A stretch of 64,000 nt of DNA, taken from Armatimonadota bacterium (GTDB taxonomy: Bacteria > Armatimonadota > UBA5829 > DTLH01). Position 1 is the stretch's first letter, and the number at the start of each line of letters is the position of its first letter. The notes beneath the pieces are model-generated. The model saw only the letters and a program-made list of their open reading frames with translations. It was not told the origin of the DNA and searched no databases. This document shows, one piece after another, positions 1 through 9,000 of this stretch. The DNA lies in contig JBBRAE010000009.1 of NCBI GenBank assembly GCA_038207085.1, forward strand, positions 32,001 to 96,000. Direction: 5' to 3'. Made by a program: the position numbers and the translations under genes.

Positions 1-426
1 GGCTTTCACAAAGCCGGAGAGGTCGGGGACTGCCATAGGTTCATCGCGGGGGATCACCCCGGGCATGCGGTCGACGTCTTGCATTTGCCCAATGAATCGG
101 CGGGGCACGTGGCGGTAGGGACGGTCCACCATATCGCCTGGCGCACTCCAACCGGCGATGAACAGCTTGAGTGGCGACGCGAGATCGAAGACGCGGGGAC
201 GAGCGTGACCCCGGTGATCGACCGGCAGTACTTTCACTCCATCTACTTCAGGGAGCCGGGCGGCGTGCTCTTTGAGATCGCGACCGACCCTCCGGGGTTC
301 ACCCTCGACGAGCCGCTTGAGGAGCTCGGGAGCGGTCTGATGCTCCCGCCGAGGTTCGAGCACATGAGAGGTGAGCTTGAGCGGGTGCTTCCGCCCGTTC
401 GTATGCCTGAGGTTAGCTACGCATGA
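1..426 (+). CDS. Ring-cleaving dioxygenase / glyoxalase (MhqA/O-like), 5'-truncated by the window edge
   Basis: Frame is open from base 1. Motifs GTVHHIAWR and IDRQYFHSIYFREPGGVLFEIATDPPGF. Overlaps the next start codon. Confidence 0.9.
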   Translation, partial: GFHKAGEVGDCHRFIAGDHPGHAVDVLHLPNESAGHVAVGTVHHIAWRTPTGDEQLEWRREIEDAGTSVTPVIDRQYFHSIYFREPGGVLFEIATDPPGFTLDEPLEELGSGLMLPPRFEHMRGELERVLPPVRMPEVSYA

Positions 427-1031
427 GCGAGTTTGTGCATAAGTTTGTCCCTGGGGAGGAGGGTGACACGCGCACCCTTCTCCTCCTGCACGGCACAGGC
501 GGAAGCGAGTCGGACCTGCTCGATATGGGGCGGGAGGTCGCGCCCTCGGCGAACCTGCTCTCTCCACGTGGCAAGGTGATGGAAGGGGATATGACGCGCT
601 TCTTTAGAAGGTTCTCAGAAGGCGTCTATGACATCGAAGACCTGAAGTTTCGGGCGGGGGAGCTCTCGGGGTTCGTTCGGGAGTCGGCGCTCACCTACGG
701 CTTTGACCCCGCAGATGTCTACGCCTTTGGTTACTCAAACGGCGCGAACATCGCTGCGGCGGTGCTGCTACTTCGTCCCAAGACGCTCGCAGGGGCCGTT
801 CTCCTTCGTCCTACGGTCCCTCTGACCCCTGACCCGCCTCCAGACCTGTCGGGCGCGAAAGTCTTGATCAGCGCGGGGCGTGGCGACAGGATGGTCTCTG
901 AAGGCCAGTCGGAGAGTCTCGCGGAGCTACTTCGGGCCTGCCGCGCGGAGGTCGAGCTCATCTGGCAGCCGACGGGGCACTCGCTCACTCGGGGTGATAT
1001 CGAGGTCGCGAGGCAGTGGTTCACACCATAA
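423..1031 (+). CDS. Phospholipase/carboxylesterase alpha/beta hydrolase (MhqD-like)
   Basis: LLLHGTGG, GYSNGA nucleophile elbow, C-terminal GH. Usual partner of the upstream dioxygenase. Confidence 0.9.
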   Translation: MSEFVHKFVPGEEGDTRTLLLLHGTGGSESDLLDMGREVAPSANLLSPRGKVMEGDMTRFFRRFSEGVYDIEDLKFRAGELSGFVRESALTYGFDPADVYAFGYSNGANIAAAVLLLRPKTLAGAVLLRPTVPLTPDPPPDLSGAKVLISAGRGDRMVSEGQSESLAELLRACRAEVELIWQPTGHSLTRGDIEVARQWFTP

Positions 1032-1034
1032 AGA

Positions 1035-1085
1035 AAAAGACGAGAACCCCGAAGGTGGCGGACCTTGCAGGTTTCTCGTCTTTTT
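1035..1085. terminator. Bidirectional intrinsic terminator between convergent genes
   Basis: AAAAGACGAGAACC...GGTTTCTCGTCTTTTT inverted repeat. Confidence 0.7.
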
Positions 1086-1145
1086 GCTAGCCTGGTTCCC
1101 GGAAAGTGGCGGTTCCCCGGGAGCCACGTCGTGTGGGTTACAGAG

Positions 1146-1718
1146 TTAGATTTTTCTCTTTCGGGCGACGAGCGCGCCGAGCCCTGCGGTGAGCGCGGCG
1201 AGCGTCATCGGCTCGGGGGTCGCGGGTGTCTCAGGCGCTGTGCCCGTGGCAGGCCAGGCATGAGACCAGCTCCAGCCGTCCCACGCACCGTCAGAAAGCA
1301 CCCTCTCGGACGACCCGACCCACGAGGATGTCCAGCTGGAGCCGTCGGTGCTAGTCCAGTACTCCCACCATCTGGTATTAGACCAATTGGAGCTGTCGTA
1401 GGACTCTTTGTAGCCGTGGTAGCTGAACGAGTTGAACAGAGGGCTTCCGTATTGTGTGTCTATGACAACATCGAGATCGGTCACGCCTGCGACTGCGGTC
1501 AGCATGTCGTATCCAGAGGCCTTGCCGTCCCAGCGATAGCCCCAGGCGAACGACTTGGAATCGAAATCGACTACAAGTATTGCCGAGTTGGCGGCGTTCA
1601 CGCTGCCGACCCAGCTCTCAATCACGACGTTGTCGTAGGACAGCGCAAACGCGCTGCTCGATAAAAGAACGGCTGTCAGAGCCACTGCGGTGATGGTCAG
1701 TTTGTTGATCGTCTTCAA
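1146..1718 (-). CDS. PEP-CTERM surface protein, Trp-rich; possible transcobalamin/DUF4430-like ligand-binding domain
   Basis: Signal peptide and C-terminal TPEPMTLAALTAGLGALVARKRKI. Internal motifs AWGYRWDG and WWEYW...VG...LSDGAWDGW. Confidence 0.8.
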   Translation of the reverse strand: MKTINKLTITAVALTAVLLSSSAFALSYDNVVIESWVGSVNAANSAILVVDFDSKSFAWGYRWDGKASGYDMLTAVAGVTDLDVVIDTQYGSPLFNSFSYHGYKESYDSSNWSNTRWWEYWTSTDGSSWTSSWVGSSERVLSDGAWDGWSWSHAWPATGTAPETPATPEPMTLAALTAGLGALVARKRKI

Positions 1719-1898
1719 TTTGCTCTTTTCTCCTGTAGAGTCATGGATTTTCGGCAGATAGCTTTACGGTCAGCCACAGAGTATTCGAGCCGAAAATCTC
1801 TCTCAACTTTCGGGTTGAAAACTGAGTGGATATACGTTAAGTCGTTGCCCGAAAGTCAACAGATTGTTAGTTTCATGATTTATTAGATTTCGCTCCCG

Positions 1899-3326
1899 TT
1901 AGCCGGCGAGATGCGTCTTCACATCACTTGCGCGCCGGATGCGAATGACTGGGAGCAGGCTTCCGCCTCCATCGGGCACACAGGTGCTTATCCCGGTGAC
2001 CGACACGTAGCTTCCAAGCGCAGGAAGGGCGCTTGCAGGCTGCAGGACGCACTTGACATCACGTCCGGAGCCGTCGCTTATCGTAAACGCAAGCGCTGCG
2101 CTGTCGACGGACTTCACACTGCCCCACGTGTGGACCAGAAGCCCGATGTTGTTTAGCCCGGAGCCGTCCTTTACTCCAAGCTGGCCCGACGAGGACGTCG
2201 ACGGGTCGAGCGAGACCGGCCCTCCGCCGATCGCTCTGTTCGAAAGCCCCAGAGGAAGAACCTCAGCAGGGCTTCCGGTCTCAAGCCAGGTCGCGCGGAT
2301 CGTCCTTTCTCCGCCGACCGTGGTCATGACACCGGACACTGTCGCAAGAACACCCCGTGGGGCGCTCTTGCCGACAACCTTGATGCCGCAGGACCGGTCC
2401 TGCGACTCAATATAGAAACAGTCACCAAGCTCTTCGCGTCCGGCGGTGACTACCTGAGGGCCAAGTGAAACGGGAACGCCGTCGGGCAGAGCCTTCGCCT
2501 GGCCGGACGACACAGGTTTGCTCACCCGAGAGAGGCCGTCCACCTCGCCGCCGTTGCTCCGCATCCTGATATACTTGATCGAGGAGAACCCCGACTCGGC
2601 GAGGTCAAATGCGGTCCCCCCCGCGCTGCCTTGATACATATCGATGGCGGCCACGACCGATTTGCCCGCAAAACTCGTGTAATCGAGCCAGTTTGGGACA
2701 GGTTTGGTCCAGTCCAGTTCGTCGCAGCTCCAAGCATGCGTTGTCTTGTCCCAGGCAAACGTGTTGATCGGCCAGTACATATCGGCTTTTGGCGTGGTGT
2801 AGGTATACCAGTTGATGAGGTCTGGGCTCACGCTTACAGAGACCGCCTCGTTCGACGTGCTGTTGACGGTACCGTTGTTCAGGTAGTAACTCTCCATGTT
2901 GGTCGCCATCTCGACGTAACCGTTGGACTTGAAAAACGAGTTGCCGTAGACGATGAACTCCTTGCCATACCAGTTGGCAGGGTCTTCGACTATGGGCTGG
3001 GCGAACTCCACGACGATCTCTCCCTGGGTGGAGACGTTGCCAAGGGTTGCAATGACTTTTGCGCCGCCTGGGTCGGTCGTGTGCGCTCCGTAGACCATCG
3101 AAATGGTGAATATTCCAGGTTCGCTTCCCATCCCCGCGGTGTCGTCGATCTTGGTCGACGGTTTTCCAAGGACCGCCGCAGCGTCGTTGTAGTAGAGCCC
3201 GGCGAGGTTTGCCGAGCTTATGACATCCGTCGCGAACCTGTTGTCGGTCCAGGCCGATACCGACCCCGCCGCCGCTGCGATGAGCGTTCCTGCTATGATT
3301 GTTTGAAGCGTTTTCACCAGTTTCAC
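1899..3326 (-). CDS. Secreted cell-surface protein with a C-terminal tandem OB-like domain
   Basis: Signal peptide ending in VSA. N-domain FATDVIS...TLG..GEIVVEF..PI.EDPAN.YG.EFIVYGN. C-domain FYIES.DRS.GIKV / GLNNIGLLV.TWG.V. Confidence 0.75.
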   Translation of the reverse strand: MKLVKTLQTIIAGTLIAAAAGSVSAWTDNRFATDVISSANLAGLYYNDAAAVLGKPSTKIDDTAGMGSEPGIFTISMVYGAHTTDPGGAKVIATLGNVSTQGEIVVEFAQPIVEDPANWYGKEFIVYGNSFFKSNGYVEMATNMESYYLNNGTVNSTSNEAVSVSVSPDLINWYTYTTPKADMYWPINTFAWDKTTHAWSCDELDWTKPVPNWLDYTSFAGKSVVAAIDMYQGSAGGTAFDLAESGFSSIKYIRMRSNGGEVDGLSRVSKPVSSGQAKALPDGVPVSLGPQVVTAGREELGDCFYIESQDRSCGIKVVGKSAPRGVLATVSGVMTTVGGERTIRATWLETGSPAEVLPLGLSNRAIGGGPVSLDPSTSSSGQLGVKDGSGLNNIGLLVHTWGSVKSVDSAALAFTISDGSGRDVKCVLQPASALPALGSYVSVTGISTCVPDGGGSLLPVIRIRRASDVKTHLAG

Positions 3327-4118
3327 CTACTTGAGATCGTACGCCGAGTCGTCATCCGAGAGCGCCCCGCACTCGGGCTCGGTTGGGTCGTAGAGATGCT
3401 TTGTTTTGGTAGAGCGGACGTGGCCGTCGGCGTATACCACGTCAGCCGCGCCATTATGTCTGAAGTGGACCTTGCCTGATGGGAAAAACTCCACATCGCC
3501 GGGTGCGCGCAGGTAGTTGTGCCCCTGCACAGGGTCGCCCCAGCCGCCTTCCGCGAATAGCACGGTGCGGGTAGGCGAGAGTATCTCCGAAATAAGGCAT
3601 GGGGTGTATCTGTAGATCGGGTCCGGATAGAACGATGGGTCATAGGCCGGGTCGCCGCCGATGTAGTCTATGTTGTACGCGTAGCCTGTAAAAGGCCGGT
3701 CGGAGTTCTTCGGCTTGAAGCTGGGGCAGGCGTTGATCTTGCCACTTCTGGTGTACTTGCCGAGCAGTCCGAGCTTATAGATGGAACCACCGCTTTGACG
3801 TATGGTAATGAAGTCCCAGGAATGCTGGACCTTTGTCCCTTGGGTGTAGTAGTATGCAGGACAGGCGCGGCTGTTGTTGTCGTCGGCGTACATCAGCCAG
3901 GCTTTGGCGATCTGGCTCATGTTGGACAAGCACTGGGACTGCTTGGCCGAGTCGCGCGCCGACGCAAGCACTGGAAAGAGGATAGCCGCAAGTATCGCGA
4001 TAATCGCGATGACGACCAAAAGCTCGATCAGTGTAAACCCATAGCATAAACGGGCTCTCGCCCGCTTCGCTTCAAATTGTGCGGTGAGAACCCGTGACAG
4101 GCAGTCTCGGTCCGCCAT
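3327..4118 (-). CDS. Prepilin-type N-terminal cleavage/methylation + H-X9-DG pseudopilin (DUF1559-like)
   Basis: [54 protein letters not shown] before the ATG at 4118. Stop abuts the next start. Confidence 0.92.
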   Translation of the reverse strand: MADRDCLSRVLTAQFEAKRARARLCYGFTLIELLVVIAIIAILAAILFPVLASARDSAKQSQCLSNMSQIAKAWLMYADDNNSRACPAYYYTQGTKVQHSWDFITIRQSGGSIYKLGLLGKYTRSGKINACPSFKPKNSDRPFTGYAYNIDYIGGDPAYDPSFYPDPIYRYTPCLISEILSPTRTVLFAEGGWGDPVQGHNYLRAPGDVEFFPSGKVHFRHNGAADVVYADGHVRSTKTKHLYDPTEPECGALSDDDSAYDLK

Positions 4119-4157
4119 CTTTGCCTCCGAAGATGAACATGTGTGACCACAAGACAT

Positions 4158-4345
4158 GAGGCAGGTCTTCTGACTTACGGATCGACCGGATCGCGGCTCC
4201 TTCCCATTCCAATTTGCATTGGAACAGTGGATATATGCCGTGTCCGTCCCCGATTACAGCGGCGGGCCCGTGATGGAATTACACCATCTTCCCTGTTCGG
4301 CTCAGCGTGTCTTTATTGCTGAGCAACCTCGTCTCGCAATATTCA
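4158..4345 (-). ncRNA. Cobalamin (B12) riboswitch
   Basis: Minus strand reads AGGTT...AACAGGGAAGATGGTGTAATTCCATCACGGGCCCGCCGCTGTAA...CCACTG...GGGAAGG...AAGTCAGAAGACCTGCC, i.e. the canonical blocks including the B12 box. Confidence 0.95.
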
Positions 4346-4354
4346 ATTTCCATC

Positions 4355-4383
4355 AGTTTACTCGCTTACAGTCCGCTTGTCAA
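4355..4383 (-). promoter_or_regulatory. Sigma70 promoter for the B12-riboswitch operon
   Basis: TTGACA-N17-TAAACT immediately upstream of the riboswitch. Confidence 0.75.
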
Positions 4384-4403
4384 GGGTCATGCAGTGGGGA
4401 ATT

Positions 4404-4498
4404 CTCCCCACAAAAAACTGTGGAAACATGTTGTAGATGCAGTTGGGGTCTGTTATAATCTGGAGGTCGCTGGGGGCGTCTTCTGATACTTTTCCACA
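4404..4498 (+). promoter_or_regulatory. dnaA promoter with DnaA-box-like sites
   Basis: TTGTAG-N17-TATAAT with extended TG (4431-4459). Boxes TGTGGAAAC (4419-4427), TTTTCCACA (4490-4498) and weaker CTCCCCACA (4404-4412). Confidence 0.65.
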
Positions 4499-4503
4499 GG
4501 GAG

Positions 4504-5907
4504 TTGGCGTATTTGGTTAAGCAGCTTCAACTAGGAGAGGATGACGCTGTCCTGGCACTTGAGAAGGCGTGGGAGGATGTGCGGGATGCACTTTCCTCTC
4601 GCATAAACAAGCCTTCTTTTGAGAGTTGGATCAAACCGATCATTCCGTTGTCCTTTGAAGACAATGTCGCAATTTTAGGCACCCCCAGCCGATTTGCCAA
4701 GCATTGGCTTGAAGGTAAACATCTCGAAGAGATAACGGGCATGCTCGGCGAAAGCCTCGGGCACGGAGTCCGGGTTGTGCTTCGTCAGACCTCCGACGAA
4801 CAACCGGAAATATGTAAAGATCCGTTGCCTATAGCGACCAAGAGAACCAATGGTCATGCCTCGGATGAAGCCGTCTCTGTTCCGTTGAACAGTCGATATG
4901 ACTTCGACTCGTTCATCGTCGGGCAGTGCAACAGGCTGGCGCACGCCACTGCGGTGGCTATATCGGATCGTCCCGGCGGGACGTATAACCCGTTTTTCGT
5001 CTACGGACGCGCCGGGCTCGGCAAGACACATCTCCTGCATGCCGTTGGGCTTGCCATTCAGGATACGCAGCCGAACCTTCGCATCGCCTATGTGCGCGGT
5101 GAGACTTTTACTTTTCAATATATAGCCGCAGTCCGCGAGCACCGCACGGCGGAGTTTCGTCGAAGGTATCGCAACATCGACGTCTGGCTTGTCGACGACG
5201 TTCAGTTTCTTGTAGGCAAAGAAAAGACCGAGGAAGAGTTCTTCCACACCTATAACGCGCTCTACGACAGCGGCAAGCAGGTGGTGCTTTCAAGCGACCG
5301 CTCGCCAAAGGAGCTGGAGCTCGACACGCGGCTATTGTCCCGCTTTGAGTGCGGGATGGTCACCGACATCGTCTCGCCCGACCTTGAGACCCGAATTGCA
5401 ATTTTGATGGCCAAAGCCGAGCGCGAGGGGATGGACCTTCCGGGCGACGTTGCAGAGTCGGTCGCAAAACTTATTACTACAAACATCCGCCAGCTCGAAG
5501 GCGCTTTGATAAAGCTGCACGCCTATGCGTCGCTTATGAAGACCCCAATCACGATTGACCTTGCCCAGGAGACGCTCGGCGGCTATTTCGTCGGCGAAAA
5601 CGATACGATGCCGCTTGACCCGAGGCTCGTGCAGATCGCCGTATCAGAGAAGTTCCGTGTAAGCGTCGACGAGATCCTCGGCACCAAGCGCAGCCAGAGC
5701 ATAGTGCTGCCCCGCCAGGTGGCGATGTACCTCTCCCGCGAGCTCACCAATTCCTCCCTCCCCTGCATAGGCCGGGCCTTTGGAGGGAAAGACCATACCA
5801 CAGTTATGCACTCGATCCAAAAGGTTCAGAAGCTGATGCAGACAGATAAGCAGCTCGCCGATATGGTCGAAGAGATTGCTCGGCACTTGAAAAACGGGAA
5901 GAAGTAA
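4504..5907 (+). CDS. dnaA: Chromosomal replication initiator DnaA
   Basis: YNPFFVYGRAGLGKTHLL Walker A, DDVQFL, RQLEGAL, RQVAMYL, FGGKDHTTVMHS. Confidence 0.97.
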   Translation: MAYLVKQLQLGEDDAVLALEKAWEDVRDALSSRINKPSFESWIKPIIPLSFEDNVAILGTPSRFAKHWLEGKHLEEITGMLGESLGHGVRVVLRQTSDEQPEICKDPLPIATKRTNGHASDEAVSVPLNSRYDFDSFIVGQCNRLAHATAVAISDRPGGTYNPFFVYGRAGLGKTHLLHAVGLAIQDTQPNLRIAYVRGETFTFQYIAAVREHRTAEFRRRYRNIDVWLVDDVQFLVGKEKTEEEFFHTYNALYDSGKQVVLSSDRSPKELELDTRLLSRFECGMVTDIVSPDLETRIAILMAKAEREGMDLPGDVAESVAKLITTNIRQLEGALIKLHAYASLMKTPITIDLAQETLGGYFVGENDTMPLDPRLVQIAVSEKFRVSVDEILGTKRSQSIVLPRQVAMYLSRELTNSSLPCIGRAFGGKDHTTVMHSIQKVQKLMQTDKQLADMVEEIARHLKNGKK

Positions 5908-5950
5908 GCTATCGGCAGGTTATTAGATCAATTGAGAGAGGTTTTTGGCT

Positions 5951-6514
5951 ATGAACACAAAAGACGTTATCTACACCCGCCGCTCTGTGCGCGGATACCA
6001 GGACAAACCGGTCGAGAAGGCTGTGATCGATGAGATCATCGCCGCCGCCGTCCAGGCGCCGACCGCTATGAACGCCCAGCCGTGGGCATTTGGGGTCATT
6101 CAGGACACCGAGGCGCTTCGGAGACTTTCTACTAACACCAAGGCATTCTTGTTGGGCTCGCTCGACAAATTTCCTATGCTCGATCGCTACAAAGAGGCGC
6201 TCGCAAACCCCGAGTTTAGCATCTTCTACGGCGCGACGGCGTTTGTCGTGATCTGCGCGAAAGCGGGAGTCGGGCCGACTCCTGAAGGCGATTGCTGCCT
6301 CGCCGCCGAAAACCTTATGCTGATGGCACGCGACCTGGGACTTGGCACCTGCTGGATCGGCTTCGCTGGGATGTACCTGATGACCGAAGAAGGCAAGCGC
6401 GAGATCGGCGTCCCCGACGGACTGAACGTAGTCGCTCCAATAGCCGTCGGCTACCCGATAAACGAGCCGTCGCAGATGGAGAAGAACCCGCCTGAGATAC
6501 TTTTTTGGAAATAG
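5951..6514 (+). CDS. Nitroreductase family protein
   Basis: [40 protein letters not shown]. Confidence 0.92.
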   Translation: MNTKDVIYTRRSVRGYQDKPVEKAVIDEIIAAAVQAPTAMNAQPWAFGVIQDTEALRRLSTNTKAFLLGSLDKFPMLDRYKEALANPEFSIFYGATAFVVICAKAGVGPTPEGDCCLAAENLMLMARDLGLGTCWIGFAGMYLMTEEGKREIGVPDGLNVVAPIAVGYPINEPSQMEKNPPEILFWK

Positions 6515-6524
6515 CTCTCAAATA

Positions 6525-6904
6525 GGGATAGAAGCTATCGAAGTGCTTTTCATCGGGAACAACTACACCTTCTATAACGAGATGCCCTCGGTTGCGGAGG
6601 CGTGTTCGGCAGCGTCTAAGCTTCTGAAGCCGATCCGCAAGGCGACTCCCGAGCAGAAACCAGCATTTGAACTTTTCACCGAAGACGGTTCCACCCGAAC
6701 CCCGCTGGTTCATGCCTGGCGGCATGTGCGTTCTATACTGCAATTGCCCAGAAGAGTCCAGTCGGCCTGCCCGGCAGGATTTTGATACGAGGTGAGGGCG
6801 ACAGCATCAGGGCGAAGATCGATCTGAAGCCCGAGGAGGCGCATTTCCTGCAAAAGGCGGCGCAGGAGGCGGTTAAACGGGAGAAATCCATAGGAAATAG
6901 ATAG
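6525..6904 (+). pseudogene. Degraded SGNH/GDSL-type hydrolase with an internal deletion and a frameshift
   Basis: Frame 3 gives VLFIGNNYTFYNEMP...ELFTEDG; frame 2 continues HPNPAGSCLAACAFY...SPVGLP...AHFLQKAA. The DGSHP motif is split by a 1-nt shift near 6690. Confidence 0.65.
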
Positions 6905-6942
6905 GAGCAAACACAGGTTTCGAGCGCAGACGGTTAGTCCGC

Positions 6943-7173
6943 TCAGTCGATCGTTACATTCCATTTCCACTTTCGTGGCCCGAGTTGCTCGAGCTTGCCA
7001 GAGTCGGTTAGTTTTTGCCACCGCGCCTTCAGTATATCTTCCAACAGCCGTTCTTTCTCGGAATCTCGGGGACGGCGGCCGGGCGTATGACCGGTGCGGG
7101 AAGATTCTGCCTGGACTTGCCTCTCCCACCTCACGCTTCTCTCTTGTTTCCACTGATTGTAGTCGATTTTCAT
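6943..7173 (-). CDS. Small basic hypothetical protein coupled to the nucleotidyltransferase
   Basis: ATGA overlap with the upstream gene; 76 aa. Confidence 0.55.
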   Translation of the reverse strand: MKIDYNQWKQERSVRWERQVQAESSRTGHTPGRRPRDSEKERLLEDILKARWQKLTDSGKLEQLGPRKWKWNVTID

Positions 7174-7727
7174 CTCGGCCTAGTTCTTTCAAACGCGACG
7201 GTAAGCTCTTCTGTGGCGACTTGTTCTTCAAGGTAACGCCAATCAATTATCTCACGGTGGATGAACATCAGGTTGTGAGCCCACCTGCCATCCTCTTCGG
7301 ATGTCCAGTATTCGAGCGCTCGGAGGCGGTCTAATATAAGGTCTTCAATTCCTATAACATACACCGGAAGCCCGTCGTAGTCCACCTCGTTCACTTTTTC
7401 AGAACTGCCGGCAAGAGGAGGCGCAGGCATCTCGATGAAGGCCCCGAGACCGGCGTTGTGCCAGTGGCGTCCCTCCTTGTCGAAACCGAGCTCAGTCATC
7501 ATTGTCTCTAGCTTACTTGTGTGGGATGCCACCATATCGATGTCTACGGTGGAATATCCCCCAGCGGTGTAAAACTCGACAGCCATTCCGCCGACCAAAA
7601 CTGGTCTTATGCCTACGCTCTGCAGAGCACGGGTCACGACAGCAATCACCGCCATTCGGCGGTCAATCTCGTTATCGATTTCGGCTGCCTGCGATAGGCG
7701 TTCCTTCAAAAATTCCATGTCGGTCAC
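7170..7727 (-). CDS. Nucleotidyltransferase-fold protein (DUF6036-like)
   Basis: VLVGGMAVEFY...STVDIDMV pol-beta motif; IGIEDLILDRL. Confidence 0.75.
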   Translation of the reverse strand: MTDMEFLKERLSQAAEIDNEIDRRMAVIAVVTRALQSVGIRPVLVGGMAVEFYTAGGYSTVDIDMVASHTSKLETMMTELGFDKEGRHWHNAGLGAFIEMPAPPLAGSSEKVNEVDYDGLPVYVIGIEDLILDRLRALEYWTSEEDGRWAHNLMFIHREIIDWRYLEEQVATEELTVAFERTRPR

Positions 7728-7867
7728 AGTAATACTATCTCCTGATGCAAAAGGACACTTAGATTATACAGTCAATCCCCCTTTTTGTCGCCTTCAACAA
7801 CCATCGCCTGAGTTCCGAATCGCCCCCGTTGCAAACACTGCGGCAAAAAAGGTATCCTATAGGTGTT

Positions 7868-8641
7868 ATGCTCGCAAAGAGAATCATCCCCTGCCTGGAT
7901 GTAAAGGAAGGTAGAGTAGTAAAAGGGACTAATTTCGTCAACCTGAAAGACGCCGGTGACCCGGTGGAGCTTGCGGCGCTCTATGATATCGAAGGGGCGG
8001 ATGAGGTTACGTTTCTGGACATCACGGCAAGCCACGAGAAGCGCAACATCATCCTCGATGTCGCGAGTCGCACAGCGGAGAAGTGTTTTATCCCCTTCAC
8101 CGTCGGCGGCGGGATTCGCAAAGTCGAGGATTTTCGCGAGGTCTTGAAGACCGGCGCGGACAAGGTCGGGGTCAACACTGCGGCGGTGGATAACCCGAGG
8201 CTGATGGCCGACGCGGCCGAGATGTTCGGCGCGCAGTGTGTGGTCCTTGCGATCGACGCCAAGCGCAAGATGGATGATGGCATCGGCTGGGAGGTTTACA
8301 CCCACGGAGGGCGCACACCTACCGGCATCGACGCCGTCGAGTGGGCGGTCCGGGCCGAAAAGCTCGGTGCGGGAGAGATTCTTCTGACCAGTATGGACGG
8401 TGACGGCACGCAGGCGGGCTATGACATAGAGCTCACGCGCGCGATCGCCGACTCGGTCAGCATACCCGTAATCGCTTCAGGCGGAGCGGGAACGCTCGAG
8501 CATATCTACGAAGCGTTGACCGCTGGCGGGGCCGACGCCGCGCTGATCGCCTCGATTGTGCACTATCAGATTTTCACCATCAAACAGATAAAAGACTATC
8601 TCGCCGAGCGCGGGGTGGTTGTGAGGAGTATTTGGAATTGA
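7868..8641 (+). CDS. hisF: Imidazole glycerol phosphate synthase cyclase subunit
   Basis: [43 protein letters not shown]. Confidence 0.98.
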   Translation: MLAKRIIPCLDVKEGRVVKGTNFVNLKDAGDPVELAALYDIEGADEVTFLDITASHEKRNIILDVASRTAEKCFIPFTVGGGIRKVEDFREVLKTGADKVGVNTAAVDNPRLMADAAEMFGAQCVVLAIDAKRKMDDGIGWEVYTHGGRTPTGIDAVEWAVRAEKLGAGEILLTSMDGDGTQAGYDIELTRAIADSVSIPVIASGGAGTLEHIYEALTAGGADAALIASIVHYQIFTIKQIKDYLAERGVVVRSIWN

Positions 8642-9000
8642 GTCTTTACGACGTGCTTGTATTTAACGCTCAGGATATGATCCCCGCTGTGATCCAGGAC
8701 GACGCCTCGGGTGAGGTGCTGACGCTTTGCTATATGACCCGCGAAGCGCTGGACAAGACCCTTGAGACCGGCCTGGTCCACGTGTTCCGCCGCTCGCTCG
8801 GCAAGCTGATGATGAAGGGTGAGACCTCCGGGCATACCCAGGCTGTAAAGTCGGTCCACATCGACTGCGAGGGCAAATCGCTCGTGGTTAAAATCGATCA
8901 GAAGGTCGCCGCCTGCCACAAGAACTTCTTTACCTGCTACTTTAGAGAGTACAAAGTGGATTCAGGTGAGATCGTCACAAACGGGGAGCCGGTGAAGTAG
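8632..9000 (+). CDS. hisI: Phosphoribosyl-AMP cyclohydrolase
   Basis: PAVIQD, KGETSGH, DCEG, AACH...TCYF. Confidence 0.92.
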   Translation: MELSLYDVLVFNAQDMIPAVIQDDASGEVLTLCYMTREALDKTLETGLVHVFRRSLGKLMMKGETSGHTQAVKSVHIDCEGKSLVVKIDQKVAACHKNFFTCYFREYKVDSGEIVTNGEPVK

